This document shows positions 10,087-20,217 of a stretch of DNA of 64,000 bases, one piece after another. A program made the position numbers and the translations under genes. The stretch is from the NCBI GenBank assembly GCA_046706365.1, contig JBJKPN010000083.1, forward strand, positions 7,541 to 71,540, written 5' to 3'. The notes under the pieces were generated by a model. That model was not told the DNA's origin. It ran no database searches and saw nothing but the letters and a program-made list of their open reading frames with translations. Positions within the stretch are counted from its first letter, which is position 1. Every line of letters begins with the position of its first letter. This stretch comes from Candidatus Kryptoniota bacterium (lineage in GTDB: Bacteria > Bacteroidota > Ignavibacteria > Kryptoniales > JAKASW01).

Positions 10087-11793
10087 ATGAACCGAGAGAC
10101 ATTCCGTCGTCCAGAGCGCAGGGCGGGCCGCGGAGGCCGGTTGCCCCTGTTTTTCATCGGGAAAGAATTTCTATTCTGCGCACTTGTTGTGCTTGCACTG
10201 AGAAATCAAAGTGCGGCCAGGCAAAGGGGAGTTGAAAAGAAGACTGGTAGGGTCAGCTTCATCACTCCGCTGAACGTATATGTTACATTCGAGAACACCG
10301 GAGGAATCACTCCGGGGGATACGCTTTATTCGGGCGTAGGAAACACCAAACATCCCGTGATTATTGTCAAATATCTCTCTTCGACTTCCTGCGCGGGCCC
10401 CGTTGTGGGCATTCCGGACCTGAAAGTCGGAGACATTATCTCCGCATATGTGGCCAGACCGGTTACTGCTAAGCCTCGGGCCGCGTCGCTCGTCAGTGCA
10501 GTCGATTCTGGCCTTGCAGGCAGGGCGGGCATCAGGAACCCAACACCTTCGGTCTCTGGAGAGGCTTTCAATGTCACGAGGAATCAAAGGATTTTCGGCG
10601 GATTTGCAGCCAACTCCTACTCTAACTTTTCGAATCTTTCCGGTGTCTCCGACGTTCAAAGATGGAACTATTCAATGAGTCTTTACGCTGATAATATTGA
10701 AGGATCAGATTTCTATTTCTCAAACTACATGTATATGACATATATGAGCACCCAGTGGAAGCAAGTCGCGGCGGACCCGCTGAGCAGTCTCCGCGTCTTC
10801 GATCTTTCCCTTTCATACCGAACGCGAGATTTTAACGTCTGGGCCGGCAGGCATGTCGATAACGATATATCCGGGGTTGGACCGATCGACGGGATCGTGG
10901 CGGAGGAACGCCTCGGCAGCTTCATTGCCGGAGAAGTAATAGGATCGAGGCCGGATTTTTACACACTGGGATTAAACCCCGCATTGTTCCAGTTCGGCGG
11001 CTACGTTACAAATGTAGATACGATGAGCGCTGGAGTAATGAGAAATACCATCGGTGCTTTCCAACAATACAACGAAATGGAAACAGACAGGCGCTTCATA
11101 TATTTTCAACACAGCAGCGCACCCTTCAGGAGTGTCAGCGTCTATGCTTCAGGACAGATCGATATTTTCAAACTCTCGAACGGGAAGCCCGCAAACGAGT
11201 TTTCACCTGTCAATCTTTATTTCTCTGCCGCTTACTATCCGGCGAACCAGCTTTCACTCAATCTAAGTTACACCGCCCAACGGAATATTATCTACTACCG
11301 AACCTTCGGAAGTACAGTCGACTCCCTTCTTGAGAGCGAGAACCAGCTCAGGAACGATGCAAGGATCGACGCGTATTTCAGACCATACCCGTTTACGTTC
11401 ATTAATGTCGGCGCAGACTACAGCTTTCAACAGGGGGATATAAATGCGACAAGAAACGCGAACTTGTCGTTTACCCAATCAAATATACCCCTTCTTCATC
11501 TGACGGCCGGCCTGTCTTATAGCAAAATAATGAGCGGCTTCCTGGATGGATCCGTGATCGGAATCAGCATCTCTAAATCTCTTCCCTTCAATTCAACCAG
11601 GCTTACAATTATGTATTCAAGGCTGGACTACAGATTCGGCGGCGGGACGATGAAACTAGTACAGGATCAACCGAGTTTCCAGTTGACCACCAGCATACCC
11701 GGCAATCTCTTTCTGAATCTGTACTACCAGGGCACATACAGCGGGAGGGCAAGCTACGGGACTCTTATGGGCGGAATCTCGGAAAGGTTTTAA
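10087..11793 (+). CDS. Hypothetical outer-membrane beta-barrel-like protein
   Basis: 568 aa. Hydrophobic N-terminal segment, alternating aromatic/polar beta-strand-like pattern rich in Y/S/N/G, terminal residue F (..GGISERF). No family recognised. Confidence 0.45.
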   Translation: MNRETFRRPERRAGRGGRLPLFFIGKEFLFCALVVLALRNQSAARQRGVEKKTGRVSFITPLNVYVTFENTGGITPGDTLYSGVGNTKHPVIIVKYLSSTSCAGPVVGIPDLKVGDIISAYVARPVTAKPRAASLVSAVDSGLAGRAGIRNPTPSVSGEAFNVTRNQRIFGGFAANSYSNFSNLSGVSDVQRWNYSMSLYADNIEGSDFYFSNYMYMTYMSTQWKQVAADPLSSLRVFDLSLSYRTRDFNVWAGRHVDNDISGVGPIDGIVAEERLGSFIAGEVIGSRPDFYTLGLNPALFQFGGYVTNVDTMSAGVMRNTIGAFQQYNEMETDRRFIYFQHSSAPFRSVSVYASGQIDIFKLSNGKPANEFSPVNLYFSAAYYPANQLSLNLSYTAQRNIIYYRTFGSTVDSLLESENQLRNDARIDAYFRPYPFTFINVGADYSFQQGDINATRNANLSFTQSNIPLLHLTAGLSYSKIMSGFLDGSVIGISISKSLPFNSTRLTIMYSRLDYRFGGGTMKLVQDQPSFQLTTSIPGNLFLNLYYQGTYSGRASYGTLMGGISERF

Positions 11794-11851
11794 GAAACAT
11801 TGTGGAGACGTCATGAGAAGTCTCCAACTGGAAAATGAGGAGGAAATCAAA

Positions 11852-12238
11852 ATGAAGAAGAAATATAAATTGGTACTGACCGGGATCGCCGTGGCAGCTG
11901 TGTTCATCCTGGGCGCAGTTACGTTAGTGCCTGGCAGTCCCCGAAATAATCCGACAACAGCGGCAAACTCTCCCGTTGTCATTGCCAACGTAAAGAATCA
12001 ACCGAGTCAGTGCAGCCAGTGCCCCTATCTCAGCTGCCCGTATCTTAACCACCTTCACCAGATGGCTTTGGAAAGCGGAAAGAGTCTTAATCAGGCATGC
12101 CCGTACGAAATGAGCCACCCCCGACCCACGCTGAATTCCGATCGCAATGCGATGAAGACTCTGCAGGTCGACAATCTCGTAGGACGGAATCAAGGGCGTA
12201 GCAGAGTGAAAACAGTCGACTGGAAAACAGCGAGATAG
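11852..12238 (+). CDS. Small secreted/membrane-anchored Cys-rich hypothetical protein (three CPY motifs)
   Basis: ATG 11852 is preceded by GAGGAGG. The N-terminus MKKKYKLVLTGIAVAAVFILGAV looks like a signal or anchor. The mature part carries QCSQCPYLSCPYLNHLH ... ACPYE. Confidence 0.5.
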   Translation: MKKKYKLVLTGIAVAAVFILGAVTLVPGSPRNNPTTAANSPVVIANVKNQPSQCSQCPYLSCPYLNHLHQMALESGKSLNQACPYEMSHPRPTLNSDRNAMKTLQVDNLVGRNQGRSRVKTVDWKTAR

Positions 12239-12451
12239 CCGGAAAGCCGCAGATGCCCCGGACTTATTCATTGGCGGCCTGATTTGGAATACAGATCCAA
12301 TTTCTGTCCAGCACGCAAGATTTGACCGCTCTTTCTCACGGGATTCACGCAAGCACACCCCAGTATCGAATAAATTGACTGATGCCGATACGTATTCGTC
12401 AGGGATGAGAATATCGATTACGTAACCGCAAACCGGAATTTTGACATTTGA

Positions 12452-12479
12452 AAGCCCGGCCGTGAGGTCGGGCTTTTTT
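12452..12479 (+). terminator. Rho-independent terminator
   Basis: AGCCCGGCcgtgagGTCGGGCT stem-loop followed by TTTTTT, read directly at 12452-12479. Confidence 0.7.
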
Positions 12480-12578
12480 GTGCCGTGACAGGCGGACTCC
12501 AGGGAAAAAAAATTGCATCTCGGACTGCCGAGTCTTAAGTTTAGACTGGTCAGTTCACGAACTAGAACGATTGGTCAC

Positions 12579-13196
12579 ATGACAAACAGAAAAGAGCGGG
12601 AGTCCGAGTTCAGACGAAAGGCGATTGTCGAAGCCGCCCGGCAGGTATTCTCGGAAAAAGGGTACAACGGGACAACAGTGGACAACGTCGCGACGAAATC
12701 CGAATTTGCCAAGGCGACGCTTTACAAGTTCTTCCGAAACAAGGAAGAGCTGTACTTCAGCGTCGTGGAGGACGTATTCAGGGAAATAAACGAAATAGCT
12801 GAGAAGGCGATGCAGGAACCTCTCCCCGTCCGTGAGAAGTTCGGGCTATTCGTACATACATTGATCACACACTTCGCGGATCACGCCGACTTTTTCCGAC
12901 TTCTTATGAGAGAGGTCGGAAGGATAAATATGGCGGGATGGAAAGGCAGTCAGCATGCTGTCATACATGAGCGTCTGAACACGATATTGGCGACAGAGCT
13001 GGAGAGAGGGATCAAGATGAAAGAAATCAGGAAGATAGATGCCCTGCGGGCAGCCCAGGTGTTCAATCACATGGTATATGCATATCACATGAACAATCTC
13101 TTCTTCGAGCATGACGAAAAGATGAAGGAAGGCGCGGTGGATTTTCTCGTTTCAGTCTTTTTCGACGGAATCGGCATTGGAGGAAAGACCAAATGA
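12579..13196 (+). CDS. TetR/AcrR-family transcriptional regulator
   Basis: The N-terminal HTH reads RRKAIVEAARQVFSEKGYNGTTVDNVATKSEFAKATLYKFFRNKEELY. First gene of the efflux operon. ATG 12579 is preferred over the TTG at 12513. Confidence 0.85.
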   Translation: MTNRKERESEFRRKAIVEAARQVFSEKGYNGTTVDNVATKSEFAKATLYKFFRNKEELYFSVVEDVFREINEIAEKAMQEPLPVREKFGLFVHTLITHFADHADFFRLLMREVGRINMAGWKGSQHAVIHERLNTILATELERGIKMKEIRKIDALRAAQVFNHMVYAYHMNNLFFEHDEKMKEGAVDFLVSVFFDGIGIGGKTK

Positions 13197-14251
13197 AAAA
13201 GAGATATATAGTTTTGAGCTCCCTTCTCGCGCTGGTCGTTGTTTACATTCTTTACCGTTCGTTCTTCATCCGGCAACGCGTCTATGTCTCCAAAGTGATG
13301 AGAGGAAACCTTGTCACGGTTGTCTACGCGACCGGCAATGTCTCGGCCGATTCCACCGCTACCCTGCGGTCCGAAGCCGGTGGGATTGTCACCTTCGTCG
13401 GAGTTCACGAGGGGACGTACGTGAAACGCGGCGAAGTCCTTCTCCGCACCGATGACAGAGACGATCTGCTTCGGGTGGATAAGGCCAGGGCGGATCTTGA
13501 GGCCGCCAGGATAGACTTACGCGATAAAGACCAGAATCTTCAACGAATCGAAGCGCTTTATAAGAGCGGCAGCGTTACGCAAAAATCGCTCGAAGACGCT
13601 CAAACCGACGCCGACCTTGCAAGTGTGACACTGCAGCAGCGCAAAATCGCCCTGGACATGGACCAGGAACAACTGACAAAGACGAGAGTAATCGCCCCAT
13701 TTTCGGGAATTATTATTTCCGCGAAAGCGAAATTGGGTGACTACCTGCTCGCCAATGGAATTTGCTTTCAGCTGATAGCGCCGAGTTCGATGCTTGTCGA
13801 TGCAGAGGTGGACGAGCAGGACTTCGCAAGTGTGAGACTGGGCCAGAAATCCGTGGTCGCCTTCGATGCATACGGTGACAGGAAATTCTATGGCTACGTT
13901 TACAGAATAGTGCCCAGAACTGATGAGGCCACCAAGACATCCAAAGTGTTCGTGAAACTTGTCGATGCGCCCGCGAATCTCAACGTCGGCATGACGGCGA
14001 CCGTAAACATCGTTTCTTCCGAGCTTCACGACATCATACTTGTGCCACGGACTGCCGTGATGCAGTATGCCGACTCGGCAGTTGTCTATGCCGTCGACCG
14101 CGGAAAGGTCTCGGAGATAAAAGTTTCGTTGGGCGCAACCGACGGCAGGCTTTCCGAGATTCTCGGCGATAAGCTTACACCCGGCACCAGGATAGTTTCC
14201 GAGCCGGGTCCTCATATCAGGAACGGGATGTACGTGGAAACGGTCGACTGA
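13193..14251 (+). CDS. Efflux periplasmic adaptor (HlyD/MFP family)
   Basis: 352 aa. N-terminal anchor, coiled-coil middle, RVIAPFSGIIIS lipoyl-like motif. Start overlaps the tetR stop. Confidence 0.85.
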   Translation: MKKRYIVLSSLLALVVVYILYRSFFIRQRVYVSKVMRGNLVTVVYATGNVSADSTATLRSEAGGIVTFVGVHEGTYVKRGEVLLRTDDRDDLLRVDKARADLEAARIDLRDKDQNLQRIEALYKSGSVTQKSLEDAQTDADLASVTLQQRKIALDMDQEQLTKTRVIAPFSGIIISAKAKLGDYLLANGICFQLIAPSSMLVDAEVDEQDFASVRLGQKSVVAFDAYGDRKFYGYVYRIVPRTDEATKTSKVFVKLVDAPANLNVGMTATVNIVSSELHDIILVPRTAVMQYADSAVVYAVDRGKVSEIKVSLGATDGRLSEILGDKLTPGTRIVSEPGPHIRNGMYVETVD

Positions 14252-15519
14252 TGCTTGAAAGAGCCGAATTCATATTGAACATTGCCTTCAAACACCTGAT
14301 GGGAAGGAAGCGACAGACCCTGCTTGTCGTCGCCGGAGTTGCAGTGGGCTCGATGGTCATGATACTCACCTTCGGACTCGCCGAAGGGATAATCACCGAC
14401 ATAAAGAATAAAATTATCGATATATCGCCGCTGATAACGATCAAAGGCGAAAAGGTCCACGGAAAGCAGCGGCTCCTGATGTCATCATCGCCATATTCCA
14501 CTGATCATTATGAAATCGTATCCCGCATCGTCCCGGACGAGAACAAGGAGGTGAAACCTTACACCGAAGTTCTCTCACTGGTCGGCAACCTCCCCGGCAT
14601 CGACGCGGTCTCGCCGTTCGTAGCGACTCGCGGCGTGCTCCGATATAGGACGCTCTCACGGCCATGTTACATCAAAGGAATAATTCCAGTGCGAGAGGCC
14701 AGGATAGGAAAACTCAAACAGAATATCGCGAGCGGCAGCTTGAATGAACTCTCATACACCAAGAACGGGATCCTGCTCGGAGCAGGGTTGGCAGGCAAGA
14801 TAGGTGCCGGTTACCGCGATTTGGTGCGGCTCACCGGACAAAACGGTAAAGTCTATGACCTTGTCGTTGTCGGGACGTTTGCCAGCGGTTTTGGTGCCGT
14901 TGACGACAACAACGCCTACATTAATCTGCGCCTGGCACAGACAATTAACGGGTTTGCCGAAAATGTCGTATCGGAAATAGGAATTCATACGACCTCGCTC
15001 TCTGAGGTTGCGCCTCTCTCCCGGGAAATCAGTCGGCTCACCGGTTATAAGACCACGACATGGGAGGAGGCCAATGCCAACCTCCTTTCTCTTTTCGAAA
15101 GGAACAACAACATAACTTTCTTCCTCGTCATTTTCGTCTTCGTGGTTGCAGGGTTCGGGATCGCAAATGTACTGATTACTATCGTACTCCAGAAGCAGCG
15201 CGACATCGCGGTGTTGAAATCGATAGGGGTGAGTATTCGGACAGTGGAAATGGTGTTCCTGACCGAAGGGTTGATACTGGGCATCGCAGGCGCCATAATT
15301 GGCGGAATAGCCGGTCATTTCCTGACTAACCTGATTTCGGCACTCCCCATTTCATACGGACCCAGTGCCGTGGTACGGGGTGACCATATAGTCACGGTGC
15401 AAAAACCCGTCTATTATCTCGTAACCACATTATTCGCGATAATTGTCAGTGCGGTTTCCGGCTATGGACCGGCCCGCAGGGCTGCGAGGCTCAAACCTGT
15501 CGATATTCTCAGGGCGTGA
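14251..15519 (+). CDS. ABC transporter permease, FtsX/MacB/LolCE family
   Basis: 422 aa. Has a MacB-type large periplasmic loop after TM1 and a C-terminal FtsX 3-TM block ending ARRAARLKPVDILR. Confidence 0.85.
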   Translation: MLERAEFILNIAFKHLMGRKRQTLLVVAGVAVGSMVMILTFGLAEGIITDIKNKIIDISPLITIKGEKVHGKQRLLMSSSPYSTDHYEIVSRIVPDENKEVKPYTEVLSLVGNLPGIDAVSPFVATRGVLRYRTLSRPCYIKGIIPVREARIGKLKQNIASGSLNELSYTKNGILLGAGLAGKIGAGYRDLVRLTGQNGKVYDLVVVGTFASGFGAVDDNNAYINLRLAQTINGFAENVVSEIGIHTTSLSEVAPLSREISRLTGYKTTTWEEANANLLSLFERNNNITFFLVIFVFVVAGFGIANVLITIVLQKQRDIAVLKSIGVSIRTVEMVFLTEGLILGIAGAIIGGIAGHFLTNLISALPISYGPSAVVRGDHIVTVQKPVYYLVTTLFAIIVSAVSGYGPARRAARLKPVDILRA

Positions 15520-16787
15520 AAATGCGGATCAACTACCACCTATTTATGATAGCATTCAGGCAGCTTTTGAGCCGGAAGCGTCAGACGTTTCTCACCCTCC
15601 TCGGCATAAGTGTGGGCGTCATGGTACTCATCACGGCGGTTTCGCTCATGGACGGATTACTTCAAAGCTTTATCCAGAAAATAGTTGATGTTGCCCCGCA
15701 CGTCATAGTATCGGGCGAGAAAGTCAGGCCGACAGTTCCGGATCAACTTGTCGAATCGAGCGGGGACACACATGTCACATTCATAAAAAATATCAGCCGT
15801 GAAGACCAGGAGGTGATTAAGAACTATCCGAGGATCGAGAGCCTCATCGAGGGCGATTCCCTGGTGGAGCTGGTCTCGCCACTAATATCCACCGATGTAA
15901 TAGGAATGTTCGGAACAATTTCGGAGCCCGTTCAACTGTTCGGCATATTCCCGTCAAGGGAGGATGGCATTGAACACTTTTCCCGCAACATGACAGGCGG
16001 CAGCTTCAGTGCTCTCGCACGGACGCCTGACGGAATAATGCTGGGCAGCTCGGTGGCCGGCGACTTCACCGTCCACGTCGGGGACAGGATGCAGATAGTT
16101 GCCCCGTCGGGGGTGATATATAGCGTTCGCGTCACCGGCATATTCAGGACCGGCATCAACGACATCGACGACAACTGCTACGTGAACATGAGGCTTGGCC
16201 AGAATATCGGCGGCTTCTCACCGGACGAGGCGAGCAACCTATATATACGCGTAAAAGACCTGCCGAAGGACGCGGAACTTGCAAGAACTATAGAGAATGA
16301 GACCAACTACAAAGCGATCACATGGGAGCAGAAGGCCGCCAGCGTTGTAGCACTCTTCAAAATGATTTCGGGCATAGTGTACTTCCTCGTTTTCTTCGTC
16401 ATAATGGTAGCCGGCTTCGGAGTCGCGAACGTTCTGATAACAAACGTTCTCGAAAAGGCAAGGGATATCGCGGTTCTGAAATCAATAGGCTTCAAGAGAA
16501 GTGAGATTACGTGGATCTACCTGACACAGGGGATCATAGTGGCCCTGGCCGGATCCGGGATAGGGTGTGCACTGGCATTTCTGCTGATCGAGATCATGGC
16601 CTCTATACCGATGGCGTCGTCGAGCGCCAGCATAGTCAGCTCAAATCATCTAATGATGGGAAGGAACCCGATGTATTTCGTGACAGCATCTGTTTTCGCG
16701 ATCATCGTCAGCATAATTGCCGCGGTGGGCCCTTCACGCAACGCAGCTAAGGTAAATCCCGTAGAAATTCTTCGCGGTGAAAGGTAA
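15516..16787 (+). CDS. ABC transporter permease, FtsX/MacB/LolCE family (paralogue)
   Basis: 423 aa. Same architecture as the previous gene, ending SRNAAKVNPVEILR. Overlapping start and stop codons. Confidence 0.85.
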   Translation: MKMRINYHLFMIAFRQLLSRKRQTFLTLLGISVGVMVLITAVSLMDGLLQSFIQKIVDVAPHVIVSGEKVRPTVPDQLVESSGDTHVTFIKNISREDQEVIKNYPRIESLIEGDSLVELVSPLISTDVIGMFGTISEPVQLFGIFPSREDGIEHFSRNMTGGSFSALARTPDGIMLGSSVAGDFTVHVGDRMQIVAPSGVIYSVRVTGIFRTGINDIDDNCYVNMRLGQNIGGFSPDEASNLYIRVKDLPKDAELARTIENETNYKAITWEQKAASVVALFKMISGIVYFLVFFVIMVAGFGVANVLITNVLEKARDIAVLKSIGFKRSEITWIYLTQGIIVALAGSGIGCALAFLLIEIMASIPMASSSASIVSSNHLMMGRNPMYFVTASVFAIIVSIIAAVGPSRNAAKVNPVEILRGER

Positions 16788-17494
16788 TGGAAAACCCGAT
16801 TATCAGGCTGGAAAATGTCCGCAGAGAACTGACGATGAAAAACGGCAGAGAAGAAGTAGTTACGACAATCCTGCCGGACATCAGTTTCAATATCGGCCGC
16901 GGTGAGTTTACAGCCATCACAGGACCGAGCGGATCGGGCAAGACGACTCTTCTTTACCTGATGGGGGGGCTGGACAAGCCCGACTCGGGACGAATATTCC
17001 TGGATGAGGAGGAGATCAGCGCGATGAACGAGGAGGGGTTGGCAGAGATGAGGAACGCAAAGCTCGGGTTTGTTTATCAATTTCATTTCCTCCTGCCTGA
17101 GTTCAGTGCGGTTGAGAACGTGATGCTCCCTATGCTGGCACGGGGACGCGCGAGGGCGCCGGAAGCCAGGCAGCGCGCCACAGAGATCCTCTCGCAGCTC
17201 GGACTTGCGGACCGACTGGATTACAAGCCAAACCAGCTTTCCGGCGGACAGCAACAGCGGGTCGCCATAGCCCGCGCCCTCGTCAATCGGCCGATTGTGC
17301 TACTGGCCGACGAGCCCACGGGGAATCTTGATTCAAAAAGTGCGGAAACGATATACAGACTCTTTTCCGACCTCAACTCTCAGACCGGTCAGACAATCGT
17401 AGTTGTCACACATGATGAACATTTCGCTTCGGAGACCAACCGGATTCTGCACATACTCGATGGCCGGCTCAGCAGTGATACGAAGTTGAGGTGA
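16787..17494 (+). CDS. ABC transporter ATP-binding protein (LolD/MacB ATPase type)
   Basis: Walker [10 protein letters not shown], signature [15 protein letters not shown], Walker [13 protein letters not shown]. Confidence 0.92.
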   Translation: MENPIIRLENVRRELTMKNGREEVVTTILPDISFNIGRGEFTAITGPSGSGKTTLLYLMGGLDKPDSGRIFLDEEEISAMNEEGLAEMRNAKLGFVYQFHFLLPEFSAVENVMLPMLARGRARAPEARQRATEILSQLGLADRLDYKPNQLSGGQQQRVAIARALVNRPIVLLADEPTGNLDSKSAETIYRLFSDLNSQTGQTIVVVTHDEHFASETNRILHILDGRLSSDTKLR

Positions 17495-17581
17495 CTTCGG
17501 CAGGCCCCCGCCCCTTCATTCGGCGTAATGGACGGGGTGGGCAGTATTTATAAGGATTAATTACACACGGAGAAATAGTCT

Positions 17582-18160
17582 ATGAACTACAGATGGAGTC
17601 TGATGATTGCCTCGATGCTGCTCGCATCCACGACCGTGAAAGGACAGGAGAACCCGACGGAAAAGGAACCGCCGGTCACGGTGCAGCACGTGGATCTCAA
17701 CAGATACGTCGGAACCTGGTACGAGATTGCAAAGATACCGAACTTCTTCCAGAAGAACTGCGCCAGTAACACGACGGCTACATATCGCATCGAAAAAAAC
17801 GGCGACATAGAAGTGATAAACCGATGCGTCCGTAAAGACGGCAAAGTAGATGAAGCGCAAGGCGTCGCAGAAGTGGTGGATACTACATCCAATGCCAAAC
17901 TGAAAGTGAGTTTCGTCAGCATACTGGGTATTCACTTATTCTGGGGCGACTACTGGATTATCGGGCTCGACAAAGACTACCGGTACGCTGTCGTGGGGAC
18001 TCCTTCCAGAAAATACGGCTGGATCCTCAGCCGCACACCGTATATTTCCGCCGGAGAAAAGGAAACAATAGATAAGATTCTCATCGACCAGGGTTATAAT
18101 CCGTCCGATTTTGTGCCGACGGTACAATCAGACCAGGGTTCCGTCAAGGTCACGCATTAG
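17582..18160 (+). CDS. blc: Bacterial lipocalin (Blc-like outer-membrane lipoprotein)
   Basis: 192 aa. Signal peptide, then VDLNRYVGTWYEIAKIPNFFQKNC lipocalin signature and YWIIGLDKDYRYAVVG. Confidence 0.85.
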   Translation: MNYRWSLMIASMLLASTTVKGQENPTEKEPPVTVQHVDLNRYVGTWYEIAKIPNFFQKNCASNTTATYRIEKNGDIEVINRCVRKDGKVDEAQGVAEVVDTTSNAKLKVSFVSILGIHLFWGDYWIIGLDKDYRYAVVGTPSRKYGWILSRTPYISAGEKETIDKILIDQGYNPSDFVPTVQSDQGSVKVTH

Positions 18161-18312
18161 CATAATTCGGATTCCGTGGACCCTTTCCCGGACGCCGGTC
18201 ACGTCCGACTGTATGAACTTCGAAGACGACAGACAAGAGACTGACTATTTGCGGTCGTCGCGCCAGGCCTTGTCCGACTAATCCGCTTCAAACGAGCCCG
18301 AAGGACAGAGCA

Positions 18313-18747
18313 TCATAGCTGCGACGTGCAGAACGGACAGCGCAAGGCCTTTATATTGATGCTCGATTGGCACTGAGGACATATCTTCGTGTTCGGCTCC
18401 GGAGCAGGCGGCTGTCGCTTCATCCTGTTCATGACTTTCACGACCATGAATAGCGCGAAGGCGACGATTAGGAATGAAATCACACTGTTCAGGAAAAGGC
18501 CGTAATTGATCGTGGCAGCCCCCGCCGCCTTGGCTGCGGCAAGCGAAGGATAAGATCCGGGCGACAGGTTTATGAAGAAGTTGCTGAAATCCATCCCTCC
18601 GACAATTTTTCCGAACGGAGGCATGATGATATCGTCCACTAGCGATTTTACCACCGTTCCGAAGGCGGCGCCAATCACAATACCGATCGCCATGTCGACA
18701 ACGTTTCCCTTTACCGCGAACTCTTTGAACTCGTCAACGATCTTCAT
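18313..18747 (-). CDS. mscL: Large-conductance mechanosensitive channel MscL with C-terminal CxxC...CxxC tail
   Basis: [30 protein letters not shown] hallmark. Tail reads [24 protein letters not shown]. Confidence 0.92.
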   Translation of the reverse strand: MKIVDEFKEFAVKGNVVDMAIGIVIGAAFGTVVKSLVDDIIMPPFGKIVGGMDFSNFFINLSPGSYPSLAAAKAAGAATINYGLFLNSVISFLIVAFALFMVVKVMNRMKRQPPAPEPNTKICPQCQSSINIKALRCPFCTSQL

Positions 18748-18958
18748 TTCTTTGATCCCTTCCGACTTGGTTTGACTGATATCTCCCAGCCATCTGAGCC
18801 GTTCCGATCGAATGGCTGTAGTCCGAGTCCGCCTTCAGACATTGTCTGACCGACTGAACTACCCCGACTCGAGAAAAACCGGCGGCCAACTACGCGTAAG
18901 TATATCAGCTCCATATCCTTTTTCCTACTCCGACCCACAGTGTCACCGGTTGGTTGAC

Positions 18959-19852
18959 CTAGAATACCGAATATGTCACGCCGACCTGCAGGCCTTCCTT
19001 CATTTGAGTCGTCAACGACTGATCCTTTTGATAGACCAAATCGTATGTAAAATTAACATTGATAAACGAATTCACCTTCGCGACGATCAGATTGTCCCAC
19101 CTGACATCCCAGACCTTCAAATCACTGAACCTGGTAAACAGACGGAGGCCCGTAGTCAGGAGTATGTTGTCCGCGACCTGCAGTTTTGCCTGTGTCACCG
19201 ATTCCATTCCGCTTTCCAGCTTGAAGGCCTCCAATTTGTTCGGGGTAGCCGGGTTATCCGTGTACTGGCGGTATCTGTTGGCGAAAATCTCCTGCGTAGC
19301 TATTCCGAGTCTGGTCGTGAAATTCTTGACTTTGCTGTATTGGAAGCCGAGACTTTGTGTCACATAGCCGGGATCAAAGAAATTCGCAATCGCAACCGGA
19401 GTTGCTGAGCTGTAGGAGAAGCCTTCCGCCACTGTCGTGATTATGGTGTTGCTGAAAAAAGGATTCGTTGCCCAACCAACGTTATACGACAGCACGTTTT
19501 CCAGGAGCAGGCTGTTGTCTGTAGTGATTGATCCCTGGCTCCCGAGTTTACTACTTCCGTACGCAACGCGAAGATGGTTCTGCAGACCCCATTTCAGTCC
19601 TTTGTAGTTATATGCCACATTCGCAGTAGCGGTCCAGGCCAAAGCATTTGATCCCCCTTGGGTCCAGTTGCTGAACGCGATTTGACTAACGTTCAGAGCA
19701 GTCACCATCGTAGGGGTCCATACATTCACCGTGTCCTTCTTGGCGGCAGCTGCACGGGTTGTATCCGTCGCCGCAATCTGACCGGCGGTGGCGTTCCGCT
19801 GAATGAGCATACAGGCTAGAACAAGCATAGCTGTACCGAATCTGATCATCAT
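18959..19852 (-). CDS. DUF3078-like outer-membrane beta-barrel protein
   Basis: 297 aa. Signal peptide, an LNVSQIAFSNWTQGGSNALAW block resembling DUF3078, terminal ..VTYSVF. Confidence 0.55.
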   Translation of the reverse strand: MMIRFGTAMLVLACMLIQRNATAGQIAATDTTRAAAAKKDTVNVWTPTMVTALNVSQIAFSNWTQGGSNALAWTATANVAYNYKGLKWGLQNHLRVAYGSSKLGSQGSITTDNSLLLENVLSYNVGWATNPFFSNTIITTVAEGFSYSSATPVAIANFFDPGYVTQSLGFQYSKVKNFTTRLGIATQEIFANRYRQYTDNPATPNKLEAFKLESGMESVTQAKLQVADNILLTTGLRLFTRFSDLKVWDVRWDNLIVAKVNSFINVNFTYDLVYQKDQSLTTQMKEGLQVGVTYSVF

Positions 19853-20217
19853 ATTTCTCCTCCGTTGCGAGCTAGGTGGAATGCCGAATTGCCATTGCCT
19901 TATGATCGAGTCTTGTTCAACCTCGGTAAACAGAGTGTCAACAGATCGCGCATCGATGGCTGAAAATCGAAGCCAGATGTGACGATGCGTGTTCTATGGA
20001 CCGAGTTGTCGATTCATTCAAGGCGAAGAATATTTCCACGTAATCTAGAGAGCAGTTGTGGAAAATACAATCTTGACTTAGTTTGAGAGGAGCGACTTCA
20101 GCAGCTCACAAAGTAAACTCCCGGCAGTTTCATTCGTCTAATATCTCAGCGTTTACACTCATTCCCTCTATAGCGGGATGTAACGGAAATTCAAGCAATA
20201 ACCAACGAGGCAAGTCT

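Noticed and set aside
18313-18747. The C-terminal CxxC...CxxC tail on MscL as a novelty
   Set aside because: Cys-rich zinc-ribbon-like tails occur on MscL homologues in several phyla, so this is a known variant and not a new fusion.
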